A stretch of 49,064 bases of DNA from IMG/VR virus record IMGVR_UViG_3300045988_163663; one strand, 5' to 3'. This DNA comes from a virus. Below are positions 23,201-36,985 of the stretch, in pieces; position 1 is the stretch's first letter, and each line of letters starts with the position of its first letter. The position numbers and the translations under genes are program-made. The notes below the pieces were generated by a model. The model worked only from the letters and a program-made list of their open reading frames with translations. It was not told the DNA's origin and made no database searches.

Positions 23201-26200
23201 GACTAAAGAACCTTCAGAAGCTACACTTATAGTATCTCCGATAGTTCTTTTAAGTTCAGCAATTCTAGCTGGATCAGCATTAGTTGGGTCTTTCATAATT
23301 TCTGCTATTTCCTAAAAAGCATTAAATAAAATCTATAATTGAGAAGTATTAAAATGGATACCAACTTGTCCCATAGCATTAATATAGCCGCACATCTCTT
23401 CAATAGTTCCGCCAAGAGGAGCAAGAGCAGCTAATGCCTAAGAAGCATCTGCAGTAATTCTACCATCAACTACAAATCCATCATTCTAAGATAAAAGATT
23501 AGTTATTTCATTTAATTTTGCCTAAGCAGCAGTCTATAAAGCTGAAAAATCTAATTTCCCAGCAGATTCATTTATTTGCTAAACTAACTAATCATCTAAT
23601 TTACCAAATAATTCAAGGAATTGTCCGGCTAAAGCAGCTTCATCATCATTACCCCATAAAAATTTTTCTACTAAAGGCTAGTTAACTTCATAATCTGATT
23701 CAGATAAATTAAATAAATCTTTAACACTTTGTTTTAAATCATTTTCAACTTCAGTGGTGTCTTCGCCTTCTTCACGGAGTTCTTTATACTATGTTTTTAA
23801 TTCACTTATACCTTTAACAGCTTCTCTAATTTCATTATCTCGTAAAGTATTATAGAATTTTTCTGTCGCTTTTTCTACAGCATTAGTGTCTTCACCAGCT
23901 AATTCTAATTCACGATTATATTGATTTAAAGCCTCAGTATTTCCTTCAATATCTTGATTATTAGTAGCCCAAGTGTGTAATCCATTTTGACTAGCTTCAT
24001 CTGCATAATCAAAACCAGTCATTTCACTCATTTCTTTTACTGAATTAGCATTAGTATAAGCATTAGTTCTTAATAAATCAGCATTGTATGCTCCATCAAT
24101 ATTAGCCATATAAGCATCTATTATTCCTTGAATAATATTTGCTTGATCAGAAGAACTTAAATTTTTATAATAATCTAAATCATAGTTACCTACTTCATCA
24201 GTACCAACTAATTTCGCAATTTCTTCAGGGCTACCAAAAATATCTAACATTTGTTGCATATAACGGCCTCGAACATCTGTAAAATTCCCAGCTGCCATAG
24301 CTGCTAAATTATTATCATAATCCTATCCATTAATGCGTATTCTAGTGCCTAAATTAAACTAATCATTCCAATTATCCTAAGCAGTTTCGGCAACATTATG
24401 CTATTCTTCCGCTCTGTCTATTCCGGCCTAAATTAAAGCATTTTTATCTTTAGTATCAAAATCCTTAACTTTTATATATTCATCTGGACCAGTCTAAACA
24501 TAATAATCTTCAGAATTTAATCCAGCTGCTTTAAGTCCTTTAGTAATTTCATCATACTTTTCTTTAGTAATAGAACTGCCAACATCTTGACCCATTAAAT
24601 CAAAAATTTCGATTAATAAATCTCTAAAAGTAGTAAAATCTTCTATAGGCAATTTATTAGCAGTTTCTTGCATCATATCATAGAAGCCTTTCCAAGCTCC
24701 TTCATCATCTGATACAACAATGCCTAAATCTTCTAGGGTATCAATAAATTCTTCCCAAGTTCCAGAAGACCAATCAAAATCAGCTATTTTATTTAACTAA
24801 TCAAAAGTTAAATCTTTTCCTACTGTATTAATTGCTTCGGTAAACGCAACAACCCCATTTTTTCCTGCCACTTTAAATATGTCTTCTGCAATCTAAGAAA
24901 TACGAGATTTTAATGAAACACTATATCCTTCAAATTCATCAATTGCTTTTGATATATCATCTTCATCTTCAAGCCCTAATATATATTTAAATGCTTTATT
25001 ATTACTTATATCTTCAATATTAGCAATCTAATGCGATGCTTCTTCTACTATAGCTTCGCCTAATTCTTTACCGCTAGTTACGCCTAATTCTTTCATCATA
25101 TTAGACATATATGATTTTACGGTTTCTTGCTATTCAGGTTTTAATAAATTAAAATCTTCGCCAAATAAACTCTATCCAATTAAGTTCTGTAAATCTTCAT
25201 CTTCAAAACCTTTTTCTATATCTATTTTTAACTATTTAAGCTAATCTTGAGTAAAATTGCTTAAATCGCCATCATTACCAAAAAATTCTAAAATACCTTG
25301 GCCTATAGTTCCTTGATTACTCATACCAGTCTAGAATTTTTGAGCCATAGCATAAGTAGTCTAAAGTTCTTCTCCCATAGCCTACATAGTAGCTATTGTA
25401 GTAGCAACTTCTGAGAATAATATAGTTTTTCCATTCTCTAATTGGAATGATCTATTCTAACCTTCACCAATTACAGAATTTTTCTAATTTAATTTATATT
25501 CGCTATCATTTTTATCAATTTTAGCCGCTGCTAAATAAGCATCCCATAAATTACGTAAAGCTTGATCTCCTTTACCAGCTCCACCAGCATTTTCATCGTG
25601 AGTTCCTATTTCTCGGTCCTTATCAGTTCCGTCATCCCAACTAATAGTTCCATTGTCATTATAAAAGCTATCTTTAATAGCTTCAATATTAGCATCTACC
25701 AAAGCCGTAGTTATTTTAGCATCTTCAGTAGACATAGTATCTAATCCAAGAGCCTATTGAACTGAAGCTTCTTTCGTAGCCTATAATGTAGCATCAGTAT
25801 TATTTTGTATTACTTTTGAAACATTAGATATAGCAGCTTGAACATCATCAGTACTAAATTTATCTGCTAAGGACTAAGCATAAAGATTTAATAATTCTTC
25901 ATCAGTTTTTTCATTACTTCCATTAGTTACAGAATAATTATTATCAATAAGTAATTGTTTAATTGCTTCAGTTAAATCTTGGCCTGTTCTATTATTTAAT
26001 TCATTCTAATTATTCAAAAGTAAATTAAGAGTATCTGCATAAGAGGCACCAGTTCCATCATTTTTTAATAAGGTACCTTTAGTAGTAACTGAAGAAGAAG
26101 CTGTTAAAAAATTACTAGTTAAATTCTACTTAGCTTTTTCAATATTTAAGTCTTCTAAATTACTTTGTTCATTAGCTAAAGCATATTGCTATTGAAGAAT

Positions 26201-29200
26201 CTATTTATCATAAATAGACTACAATTTATCAACTGCATTTTTATCTATCCAAATTTCACCAGTATCTTTCTTACCCCAAGCCCCTTCCATATCTTTTAAC
26301 TCAGGATAAGTATTTAAAATATTAAGAGCTTCTTCATTAGCTTTAGCTAACTATTCACGCCATTCTTTAGTACCAACAGTACATTCATCTAAAGCGGATT
26401 TAACAGAACTATAATTATTAAATACTGATTTTAGCTATTCAGCTTTATTTTTTGTTTCTTCTAACTATGATTTAAAACTTTCAATAGCTTTTTCTGACCG
26501 TTCAATTTGAGCATCTAATGAATAACTTTCAGCAGCTTTATAAGCTTTAACTAAAAGCCATACAACAGCTACTACTGCCGCAATCGCTGCTGCATATTTT
26601 GCAAATATAAGAACTGATTTACCTAACATAGCACTTAATGCGGCACCACTACCCTAAGCGTCAACTTGTGCTTTTGCTTGATTTCTAAGCTAAGCATAAA
26701 CTTCATTAGATATATTTTTAACACCAGTAGTATTTTTATAATCAGCTTTTAATTTATTTAGTTGTGCTTTAATAAGTTTATTATACTCTTCTTCAAAATT
26801 TTGAGTATCTTTAATTCCTAAATTAGCAGAAAAAGCATTAAATCCACTCTAAAGAATTCTTCCCTTTTTTGTATTACTAAAGCCTGAACCGCCAGATTTT
26901 ATTTTTTCCTAAAATGCTTCTCCTAACTAAGTACCATCCATACCAGTAGCAATAGAAATAATATTAGTCCCTAAGCCACCAGCATTTTTAACTATAGCCT
27001 AAATTCCAGAATTTAAAGATTTAAAACCATTAACTAAAGAAGGTAAAGCTATACTCGCAGACATTATTCCTGAACTTAATTTTTCACCAAAATTTAAATC
27101 ATCATTAGATAATGTTTCAAGCAATCCTTTAAAACTGGTTACTCCTATACTAAATTGGCTTATACCCTAAACTGTAGTAACTAATCCGTTAGAAAAATTA
27201 CTAATAGCTCCTTGGCTTTTTGCCAAAGTTTTCTAAAAATCATTTATTGAATCTGTGTATTTTTTATTAGCATTATTACTTTGTATTAAAGCTTCTTTTT
27301 CTTTTACATAGCCATTTAAACATTGCCGTAATGCTTCAATCTATTTTTTAGTAGCTCCATCAGCACTAACTTTACCATTTACATATTTATCTAAAACAAC
27401 ATTAACATCTTTTAAATTATTTATTTCTTCTATAATCTAATTTCTATATCGAGACTAAAGGCTACTATTAGAGCCATTAGCCGCTTTTTTTGCATTATTT
27501 ATTAACTAATTTAATGTATTAAATCTCTAATCAGTGTCCAACCCTTTAATATTATTAAATTTAGCTAAAAAATTCTAATAAGAATCGCTCTTATCAAATT
27601 TCTAAGAATTTAACTATTTTAAAACTTTATTACTATAAAATTGATCAATTAATTTTTGTCCAGCTTTATAACTTTTATTAAAATACTTTACTCCCGCATC
27701 TCCACCAAAATTTTCATTAGTAGTAAGAAAAATCTAATTTCTTGCATCTCGTAAACTATCCTAAGTCTATTGTTGCTAAACTTCAATACTTTTCTTAGCC
27801 TATATAGCAATATCTCCATAAGCCTAAGAAATTTTTAACAAAGTCTAAAGTCTTAATTTATCTGTTTCATTTAATTGGCTATTAGCTATCTATAAATCAT
27901 ATGAAGCCTAAGCCGCATTAATCATTGTAGTAGTTTCTAAAGTAACAGAACCCTAATCACTTAATGCTAATTTAGATTCAGGAGAAAAAGATTGTAAAGT
28001 CTGAATCATTGTTTTTTTCATAATTGCAGCCTAATTTTCAGCAGCTCCGCTATCAATAAACAAATTGGAAGCCATACGCTGCATATTATTTACAATATCA
28101 GGACCGAAGCTCTTTAACATTAAAGTAGAAATAACACTTAATACGCCAGGTAATCCGCCTAATGAATCAATTAATTTACTTGTAATATTTAATGTATCAC
28201 TTAATGTATCATTTAATCCAATAAAGAATTTATCATTAACTAATTGTTTATAAATTTCTTCAAGAGAAGCTTGTACTCGCTTTTTAGAAGCTTCCCAACT
28301 CTCAGCAAAAATATCAGCTTGTTCTTGTAAAGTACCTTTAGAATTTTTAGCTACTCCAACTAACTCTTTAAAATAATCTTTATTTTCCATAAGATTAACT
28401 AATTGAGTATATTGACGGACACCACCAACAGTCTATGCAAGGGCAACCTATTCAGCACGACTTAAACTATCCCACTTATTCATCATTTCATCAAGGATAG
28501 TATTCATATCTTTTAACTCGCCCTATTGGTCTTTAATACTAATACCAACTTTTTCAAGGGCTTTAGAATATTTATTTAAATCAGTACCATCTTCAAGAGT
28601 CTCTCCAAGAGTCAGACCCTAAATACGAGCGAATAAGGTTTTAAGGCTATTACCTACTGTATTCGCACTTTCACGTGTTTTGGCAGTTAATGTAGCCAAT
28701 GCAGATGTAGCATATTCATAACTAAGACCAATAGTATTAGCAACAGACGCGAATTTCTATATACCTTCTGAAATTTCATCAGTACTAGAAGCAGTATAAG
28801 CACCTAGTTTAGTCATTACATCAGCATAATATTCCAGAGATTTGCTGCCATCATAGAAATTATTCCAAACAGCAGTTAACTAATCAGATACTTTAGATGC
28901 ACTTTCACCCGCGGCGTTAGCCATTTTAATAGTAACTTCAGTGCGATCAGCAACTTCTTTGTCACTTAAACCCTATTGATAATAAATTAAAGAAGCATTA
29001 GTATAATTAGTAGTAGTTGTACTTAATGCTTGAGCAGCCTTATTCGCCTTTTCAGCAAACTCAGCCATCTAATCATTGCTCTATCCAGTAACTATACGGA
29101 TATCATTTAATGATCTATTTAAATCTTCTGCATAGTAATAAGCTTTCTATAGAGACCCCTATACCCCATGCATTAAATTAGATGAAATTTGCCATTTGGC

Positions 29201-29638
29201 TGTATTAGCTAATGTCTTTTTAAAATTATCTAATATAGCGTTAGTTCTTTTTAAAGGAACTTCAGCATTAATAACAGACTATGCTAATGCAACAAATGCT
29301 TTATCGCCTGTCGGGCCTAGATTCTCTAAATGTGTAGCAAAATCCTAAAGAGTATAACCGCTCTGGCTTAAACTCTTTGAAAATTTTGATAAATCTAAAC
29401 GTCCAGTATTAACATTAGTCGCCTAATCTAAAGCAATTTTTAACTCCTAAACTGCTGCCGAGGCTTCATCTATTTCTTTTTTAGTGGCATTAACATCAAA
29501 AAATTTAATATTTTTTGTTGCTATCTAATTCATTAAAGTATCTAATGAACTTTGTAAATCACGTAATTGCTATTTAGCTTGGCCTGTATCAGCCGTAAAT
29601 CGCATATTAACATTATAATTAGCACTGTTATTAGCCAT
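20207..29638 (-). CDS. Tail tape measure protein, ~3143 aa
   Basis: AAAGGAG ribosome-binding site then ATG at 29638. Six track fragments spanning 9.4 kb (28031-28390, 25484-25735, 24494-24676, 23789-24298, 22946-23296, 20978-21334) all fall in the same frame. It is Ala/Gln/Leu-rich and coiled-coil, with a Gly-rich segment GGGGGGGSESKS and a transmembrane-like stretch GKSVLIFAKYAAAIAAVVAVVWLLV. TGA stop at 20207-20209. Confidence 0.6.
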
Positions 29639-29685
29639 AAAATAGCTCCTTTCTCTCATTATAAATTTCTATATACAAAGAAAAA

Positions 29686-29712
29686 GCGAGAGGAACAAAG
29701 CCTCTCGCCTTT
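29686..29712 (-). terminator. Rho-independent terminator/attenuator between the chaperone-like gene and the tape measure
   Basis: Hairpin gcgagagg-aacaaag-cctctcgc. A U-rich tract follows on the minus strand (ttttctttg), and a T-rich tract follows on the plus strand as well. Confidence 0.55.
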
Positions 29713-29750
29713 TAATATTCCTATCTAAATTAGAAATCAATTATGATATT

Positions 29751-30164
29751 TTAACCCATCTTGGTTAAAATATCTTTTACTAAAGATAGACTTTCAGGAT
29801 TAGAAATCTTATCTTGTAATTCATTAACATCTAAATTTAAATTAGAATAATTCTGATTCATAGTATCCATAATCCCATAAACACTATTATGATATTTATA
29901 ATATCCATTAAGCATTTCATAAGTATAGACTTCTAAATCATCAGTTTGATTACAATTTACTTGTTTCTTTAACTCTTTTATAAACCTTGAACCAACAAGT
30001 AAATCATAAAGTTTATACAAATCTTCTTTCTGTTTATCAGTAAAAGATAAATTTGTATAATTAAATACTATTGCTAAATCCATATACATATGGAAAGCAA
30101 ATTCATTCAAAAATTCATTATTAAAATCAATGACTTGTTGAATGACCGACTAAGCAATATCCAT
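29751..30164 (-). CDS. Tail assembly chaperone-like protein (by position upstream of the tape measure); start is ATG 30164 or GTG 30278
   Basis: Track ORF 29751-30110 extends upstream through TAG 30150. A GGAAGTGAG ribosome-binding site sits before GTG 30278. TAA stop at 29751. Function is assigned by synteny only. Confidence 0.4.
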
Positions 30165-30331
30165 TCTCTCTTTTATTGGAAGATACTATTTTACTTCAAT
30201 AACTTGATCATTATATTGCCAATTTCTTATTTCTGAATTTTTCTGGAGAGAGAGTTTTGTAAAAGCTATTTTCGCCACATTCTCACTTCCTTTAACTTTA
30301 TATTTTAAAAATTTTGTCAGAAACAAATTTT

Positions 30332-31714
30332 TTAATTTTTATCCTTTATAAATATATTATAACAAAAAAAATTTCCAAAGTCAAAAAATTTTTTTTACTA
30401 ATCTTCAAAAATTTTACTGAAATTCATACTAATAGGACCATATAGAGCTTGCTCCATAGACATTCTTCTTTCATCATTTTCTAAAATACTTCTAGAACCT
30501 TGTTTTTTATTAAAATATAAATTCATTTCTATATCTTCTGCTAATTTAGCTGTTGATAAAACTTTTAAAAAACCTTGCTTTTTAGGATTATTAATAACTA
30601 AAAATTTAGTACGACCAATATCATTAATAAAATTAGCCATTACACTCTAATAAGCATACTTAGTATTTCCAACTTGTTGTTTAGCACCAGTCAATTCATA
30701 AATAGCTCTAATTCTAAAAAACATTTTAGGCACATCATTATGTTCTGCTAATTTAGAATGCTTTGCCATACAATTTAACATACGAGCATATCTATATAAT
30801 TTATAACCTGTATCTCCATCAGCCACAGTTAAAAAAACACGATAAGGATTAGTTTTACCTAAACCTATAAAATCTGTTGATAAATAATTTTTATCGCTGA
30901 ATGTAGCCATCGATAAGGCATTAACTACTTGATTTAACAGTGTCGCTGTAGCAGTAATTGAAATACTATAATTTAAACCAGTGTTATCAGCTTTTATCTA
31001 TTTGCCCTAAATAGCTCCAACTCGACCATTTTTTTTAACTTGAGTATAAATAGTAGTAGCTTCTAAATTATTTTTTCGACGTTCAGTTGTAGTATTACCT
31101 GAATCTTTTTTTTCCTATCCAACTTTATAAATAAACCGAGACAAATTATTTATTGCAGTTTTTGTAGTGCTATCTATAAACTCTCCACCAATATTAGTAA
31201 TTAAATTTTTCATATTAATATTATCAACTAATTGGCCAGACCGATGAGTCTACGGTAAAGGACCATAAGGCATTTCCATATTCTAAAAAGTATAGTCAAT
31301 AGTAGTAATAAATTCATTCATAAAATTCTCTAATAAGGCACCACGTTCATAGCTATTTGCTCCTTTTTTAATTAAACCTCCTCCAATAAATAATCCAGGA
31401 TTTACCGTATATAACTAATTAAGTAATTCAGCTAAAGCCTAATCCTAAACAATCTCTATTAAAGATTCAGCAGAAAAAGACATTTTTTTAGTATAATTAT
31501 TTTGAATCTACTTTATTCCATTTAAAACTTTTTCTAATAATTTAGCATCCTAAACTTCTTTATTAGCAATTGTATCATTTGGTCGAGCAGCAGCTCTATA
31601 TACTTCTAAAAGACTACTTAAATAAGTAGGAGTATTTACTTCATTTTTATAAGAAACTCCTTTTTGTTTATAATAAACTAACTAATTTTTCTAGGCATTT
31701 GTTAATTTTGCCAT
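30332..31714 (-). CDS. Tail structural protein, ~440 aa (ends at TAG 30398 or, if read through, at TAA 30332)
   Basis: AAAAAGGAGAT ribosome-binding site then ATG at 31714. Track ORFs 30647-30910 and 30398-30640 are in one frame, joined by TAG 30647. Many in-frame TAGs lie upstream. The 22-codon extension beyond TAG 30398 is low-complexity, so termination may occur at that TAG. Confidence 0.45.
30356..30384 (-). promoter_or_regulatory. Consensus sigma-A-type promoter driving the tail operon
   Basis: Minus strand reads TTGACT-17 bp-TATAAT with a TGn extended -10 (TTGACTTTGGAAATTTTTTTTGTTATAAT). It is 27/29 identical to the promoter at 46781-46809. Confidence 0.6.
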
Positions 31715-31924
31715 ATATTATATCTCCTTTTTCACATAATAAAAAAAAGGAGAGGGATTAACCCTCTCCTTTAATAATCTTATCAATAAGTTCATCCTCT
31801 GTAAGAGGAATTTTATTCTCTTTTTCTTGAGAATTTTTATTTTCTTTTTTTGATTTTTTAACTATAACTTTTTCTACTTCAGATGCTTTAACAGGTCGTG
31901 GAGCATTAGAGCTAATAATCATAA

Positions 31925-33016
31925 TTAAATATCAAAATAGCTGTCATGCATCGGATCATGGATAGTTTGAGTACGATAGACACTATCATTATCAATATCT
32001 TCAATGACCTGAACAGCAGCCAATACTTTCTTAGTAGGATTGAAACGAGTAGTTCCTGGGAAAGCATCAAGTGTGAAAGTGAAAGTTGCAGGATCGCCAG
32101 TAGCAGCCATACTGAAAGTAAAGTTAGACTGAATCTTGCAGTTAGGAATTATAAATTCGGCAGGAAGATCAACACCATCCTGAGTACGGAATAAGGTAGA
32201 AGCTTCAAGATAGAAGTTGCCACCAAAAGATTCAGCGGTAATTTCAATTTGACGAGCATTGCTAGCCTTCTCAATATAATAATCAAGAAGAACAACAGAA
32301 TCTTTAAATAATTCTAATTTATGTACTGCATTAGCTTCAGCTTCATCAACAATCTTATAAGCAGAAGTAATTTCCTTAATCTAAAGACCATAATAAATCT
32401 AAGTACCAGCTTTAGCCTTAGTATCAGCTTCTGCATCAGTACAAGTCTTATACTTCATTTCAGTTTCATCAAAATAGAACTTTTGAGGTTTCGCAACTGC
32501 CCCCGCCTCAGTTTGACGAATAACTGTAGGAAGATAAGGCTCAGTTACTGGTTCATCATTGTCAACACGCATAGCATAAATATAATATTCACCTTTATGA
32601 GCACCCGTGGTAGTATCAATTTGTTCATATGGTAAATTTTTAATAAAAATTTGTACACTATCCTTATCTTCAGAGAGAGCCACAGCAGTAGTCTTTTCAG
32701 TTACATGTTGCTTAATTGTATTCTGTTTAGAAGCATCAATAAGGCCAGCTCCAGCAAGAATCATGAAACCTTCTGCAGAAATAAGAGCATCTTCCATAGT
32801 GAATGTTAAAGTACGGTCACCGTCCCAAGCTACTAAACGAGCATTGCCGCGTCCGCCTTGTGCATATACGGTCGTAGAAGCACCTTCAAGGCTAGAAGTT
32901 TTTAATGTATCGAAATAAAGAACTGGTTCGTTCGCATAGAAAACTTTATTACCAACCTTCATAGGAGCACGAGCTTTTAATACGACATCGCATATTTCAC
33001 GAACACCAAATTTCAT
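31925..33016 (-). CDS. Major tail protein-like, ~363 aa
   Basis: AGGAGG ribosome-binding site then ATG at 33016. Track ORF 32399-33016 continues through TAG 32399 and TAG 32381 into ORF 31925-32110 in the same frame. TAA stop at 31925. The product is beta-rich. Confidence 0.5.
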
Positions 33017-33095
33017 AGGTTATTTCCTCCTTAATAAAATTTAAATTTTATTTATATAACTCGCTACAAAAATTAGTAAAGCGATTTATACAAAG

Positions 33096-33830
33096 TTAAT
33101 GAATGTTTTTCATCCAATTGTCAGGTTTTTTATCTGACTTAGCTCCTGCTAATCTACTCTTTACATCAATATCCCAATTAGTATAAAGAGAAAATCTTTC
33201 TATTAAATCGTATAACTAATACAATGTTAAATTCATACAATCTTCTAACGACATTGAATCTAATCCAATAGTCAATGTAGAAACGTATTGGCTCAAAATG
33301 CTTGAATCGGTAACCCCTTTAAGTTCAGCGACCCTTTGACGCCCTTTCATTAATTTATTAGCTATTTCTTGAGCTTTCTTATTAGCAGGATTATAATTAT
33401 CTTGCCCATTTTTATTAGTATCAAAACAAAAAATTTGTCTTGCTACCGACTAAAATAATTCAAAGTTATCATCATCAATATTAATCTAAATGTCACTCTC
33501 ATTATACTAAATAACAATAGATCTAGGAGTAAATGTAGACTTTGAATTTGGGAATAGTAATGATAGAACCTATTGCGCAGCTTTACGCCGTTCATTATTA
33601 TCTTTCTATAGCATTACCATCATAAATATCTAAAAATTGGTAGTAGTATCCAAATCATTCTTGTCCTGATTTGTTATACTATTTTTATTAATACAAAGAC
33701 ACTAAGCACCAGTAAAAAATTCTTTTTCGCCAATTAATGCTATTTCCTTTATCTTAGGCTAATGGAGGGTTAATGGAATTTCTGGAACAGGTAAATCTGT
33801 TCCGCACATTAAACTAAGTTTATAATCCAT
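33096..33830 (-). CDS. Tail/neck protein, ~245 aa
   Basis: ATG at 33830 overlaps the upstream stop (TAATG). Several in-frame TAGs. TAA stop at 33096-33098. Confidence 0.4.
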
Positions 33831-34420
33831 TAATTCATCTTAGGCATTTTAAAATAATCCTCGATAAACATTTGTTCATCAGCAGGATTTGGCATATATT
33901 TTTTATCTTCTCCTCCGTGTATTGTATCATATAATAAACAAAGTCCAGCAAATTCATCAGTTAATATAATTTGCTATGCTCCGATGAAATTAAGTTGCCC
34001 AATTCCAGTTAAATGTTTTTTATCTAACATACTATCAAGTTCGGCAGCGATTCTATAAGGTCTTAACTAAAATGAATCAGCTAATTGCCACTAATCATAA
34101 TGACAAACAATATCAAATTCAATAGTATTATCCCTAAATTCAGGATTGTCTCCATTAGGAGCAAAGTTATCAAAACTAATAACAATATAATTTAAAACAT
34201 CTTTATCTATATATAATTTTGGTAAATTCCTTATATTTTTACCGAACATTTTTACAAAATTCTAATCACTTACTTCTGGCAATCTTAATGCATCAGGAGT
34301 AGTATAATAAAGTAATTTACGCAAACGTTGATTCGCGGCCATACGATCAACTATGATTCTCATATCTTTTTCTTGGGCTAAAAATGCTGACTCTGGATTT
34401 TTTACATTATCAATTTTCAT
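33830..34420 (-). CDS. Tail/neck protein, ~196 aa
   Basis: AAGGAG ribosome-binding site then ATG at 34420. Four in-frame TAGs. TAA stop at 33830-33832. Confidence 0.4.
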
Positions 34421-34441
34421 TCTCCATTTTCTCCTTCATCT

Positions 34442-35437
34442 TTAAAATAAAGATTCAACTACAATGGTTTTACATTCTGGCCCATAGAATAAATCAAACT
34501 ACCCACAGTAGGTAGTTTCCCATCGTAATTTTAAAGTATTTGTTTCTTCATTTACTTTAACTGTTAATGGTAATTTTTTATCCCAAGTCCATTTACCAGA
34601 TTTAATTCCATCATATTTATATTCATATACTACTTTTGGTTTAATAAAAGTATCACCAATAATGCCATTTTCTTTACCTGAATTAGGATCTTGAACCGGC
34701 TATATTAAACCGTTGACAATGCCATTATCAATATCATCAGCAGTTTCATTAGAATAATACTCGACAGCATTAATTTCAATTATTCCAGGAGTAGAATACA
34801 AATCAGTAGCTTCAATACGCCAACATGTTTTATTAGGGTCATTCTACAAATAAAATTTATTATAACGCTAACATAATTTTACATTATCATCATTATAAGG
34901 TAATAATATATTTAAAGAATGATTAGGTGTATCTATACTAATTTCATGCTTTTGGATATAATTAATTTTAGTTTCAACAGGACCACGCAAAGCAACATAA
35001 GTTTTATGATAATTTTTATTTTCATCTTCCCAGGCAATTTCATAAGAACAACGTCTTATATTACCACGAAAATAAGCTAATTCAGTTAAATCTTGTAAAT
35101 AAATTAACCAATAAGTATTTGTACCTAACCACTAAAAAATATCCCCAGTTTTAAAATTACTTTCAAAACCAATTGAAATAATTTTTTCATCATAATCCTA
35201 TTTTATTTTGTCAGGATTAATTAATGCACGACGTTCAATAGTATCTTTGTCATCATATAATTTTTTTACCAAGGCAGCTTGATAAGAATAAAGTAAAGCT
35301 CTACTTAATGTTTTACGTTTATCTCTTATCATTCGTTCTTGTTGTCCTGTTACTCCATCGCCATATAAATATCTTGTAAGCATATTGGCTTTTGGAATAC
35401 GGTTATACATTACATCTAAATATTCATTTTTATTCAA
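34442..35437 (-). CDS. Tail/neck structural protein, ~331 aa
   Basis: AAGGGGG ribosome-binding site with a TTG start at 35437. Track ORF 35198-35437 continues through TAG to TAA at 34442-34444. Confidence 0.4.
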
Positions 35438-35725
35438 TGTGAAGCCCCCTTAATAAAGTAATAGCTTCAAACACTGTCTTTCTATAAATAGGAAATTCAA
35501 TTTCAATATTTTTTAGTCCTTCTAATTTACTTAAAAGAATTAAATACTAACTATCATTAAAAATTTCCCCAAGACCAGTTAATTCAATAATTACAGTATT
35601 TAACTAAGATAACCAATCTTCTTCATTTTCACGCATAGGAATTAATTTCCATATCTAATTAGTTAATCTATTAATATTAGTATTAATTAAATCATTATCT
35701 ATATTAAAATTATATTTAGTCATCA
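35430..35725 (-). CDS. Head-tail joining protein, ~98 aa
   Basis: GGGAGG ribosome-binding site with ATG at 35725. Three in-frame TAGs. TAA stop at 35430-35432. Confidence 0.35.
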
Positions 35726-35742
35726 AGGGCGCTTACCTCCCT

Positions 35743-36327
35743 TAGAACAGACCAGTTAGATTTAATATATCCATTATCATCAGTTTTACGACGCTTATAT
35801 AATCTCTGCATATGAAAGGCCTAACGTCTTACTTCTGTTCTCAATGATAACAATTTCTACATATGATTTGCCTATGAAGTAAATTTAAAATCTGTACCAG
35901 AATATTTCATTCTTGTTACTTCAATAGATGCCAATTGACGTTCTACCCAAGCTTCAACCATAATTAAAGCCAAGATATTAATTTCTTCATCATCCAAATC
36001 GGCATTAAAATAGGAGGTATTTTCTTCAGAAAATATCTCCTAAAAAGCATTATCTATATCAATGTTACTGCCAGCTACTTCTTCAGATAAATCTCCGCCT
36101 AATGGTATATCAATATTTCCGCCATCAATTTCCCCTTTTATAAAATCAGGAGCATCTTCATCAACTAAAACATAATCTAATTTTTTACGCGGAAATTCAA
36201 ATCCAGGGATACTATCAACAAGCAATTGACGTAAATCTAAAAATGTATCATGAGGAGTAAGTTCTAAATACATATCATCTGTTACTTTGCCTAAAAAGCG
36301 TTCATAAATCTTATAAAAATATGTCAT
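35743..36327 (-). CDS. Head-tail connector/adaptor-like protein, ~194 aa
   Basis: AAGGAGG ribosome-binding site then ATG at 36327. Track ORF 36040-36327 continues through TAG 36040 and three more TAGs to TAA at 35743. Confidence 0.4.
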
Positions 36328-36349
36328 ATAAAACCCTCCTTATTTATAA

Positions 36350-36916
36350 TTAACCTTCTTTTACAACGTTATAACGAGGAGCAGTTCTACGACCAGGAGG
36401 CGTTGTAGGCTTAGTTTCAGTCTTCACTCTACGTTCAGGAGCTTTTGGAGTAATCTGTTCATCCTCCGCAGCTTCAGCTTCCTTATTAGCTAATGCTCTA
36501 TCAAGGTCAAATCCAGTCTTATCCTTAAGAGCTTTACGCTTATTATAATCACTCATAGGAAGAGATACAGCATAGCTCTTAATCATATCAATAACTCCAA
36601 TAGGAGCAAAATCAAGACAATCAAGGAATTCATCAAGAGTTCCCTCAGTAAGAAGTTTAATAACTCCAGCATCATCTAAATAATATTCAGGTTCTGTATG
36701 AATACCTAATTCTTCTGTAGTTTTAGTATCTACAATTTTTAAGAAATTTTCCATCAAGGTGCGGCCTCCGCTAAGGTAAGCAAGCTTTTCTAATTCTTCA
36801 AAAGGAATTTTTTTAGTTTCACCAGGTGTAAATTCTCTACGGATGCCTTCTTCAGGAATAGTATAAACAACCATTCCAGCACTTCTATTAGTAACTAATA
36901 AAACTTTTTTATTCAT
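36350..36916 (-). CDS. Head-associated protein with an Ala/Glu/Pro-rich C-terminus, 188 aa
   Basis: AAAGGAG ribosome-binding site then ATG at 36916 (internal Met of the track ORF). No in-frame TAG. TAA stop. Confidence 0.45.
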   Translation of the reverse strand: MNKKVLLVTNRSAGMVVYTIPEEGIRREFTPGETKKIPFEELEKLAYLSGGRTLMENFLKIVDTKTTEELGIHTEPEYYLDDAGVIKLLTEGTLDEFLDCLDFAPIGVIDMIKSYAVSLPMSDYNKRKALKDKTGFDLDRALANKEAEAAEDEQITPKAPERRVKTETKPTTPPGRRTAPRYNVVKEG

Positions 36917-36950
36917 TTTTTTTATTCTCCTTTTACTCATAAAACAAAAT

Positions 36951-36985
36951 AGGGGAGAAGGGGATTTCCCCATTCTCCCCTAAAA
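36951..36985 (-). terminator. Strong rho-independent terminator after the capsid gene
   Basis: Nested GC-rich hairpin aggggagaa-ggggatttcccc-attctcccct, followed on the minus strand by a U-rich run. Confidence 0.7.

Noticed and set aside
29751-30278. Programmed -1 frameshift (G/GT-type) in the tail assembly chaperone upstream of the tape measure
   Set aside because: The region was inspected for a slippery heptamer followed by an overlapping frame. No convincing site was found. A terminator hairpin, not an overlapping ORF, separates it from the tape measure.
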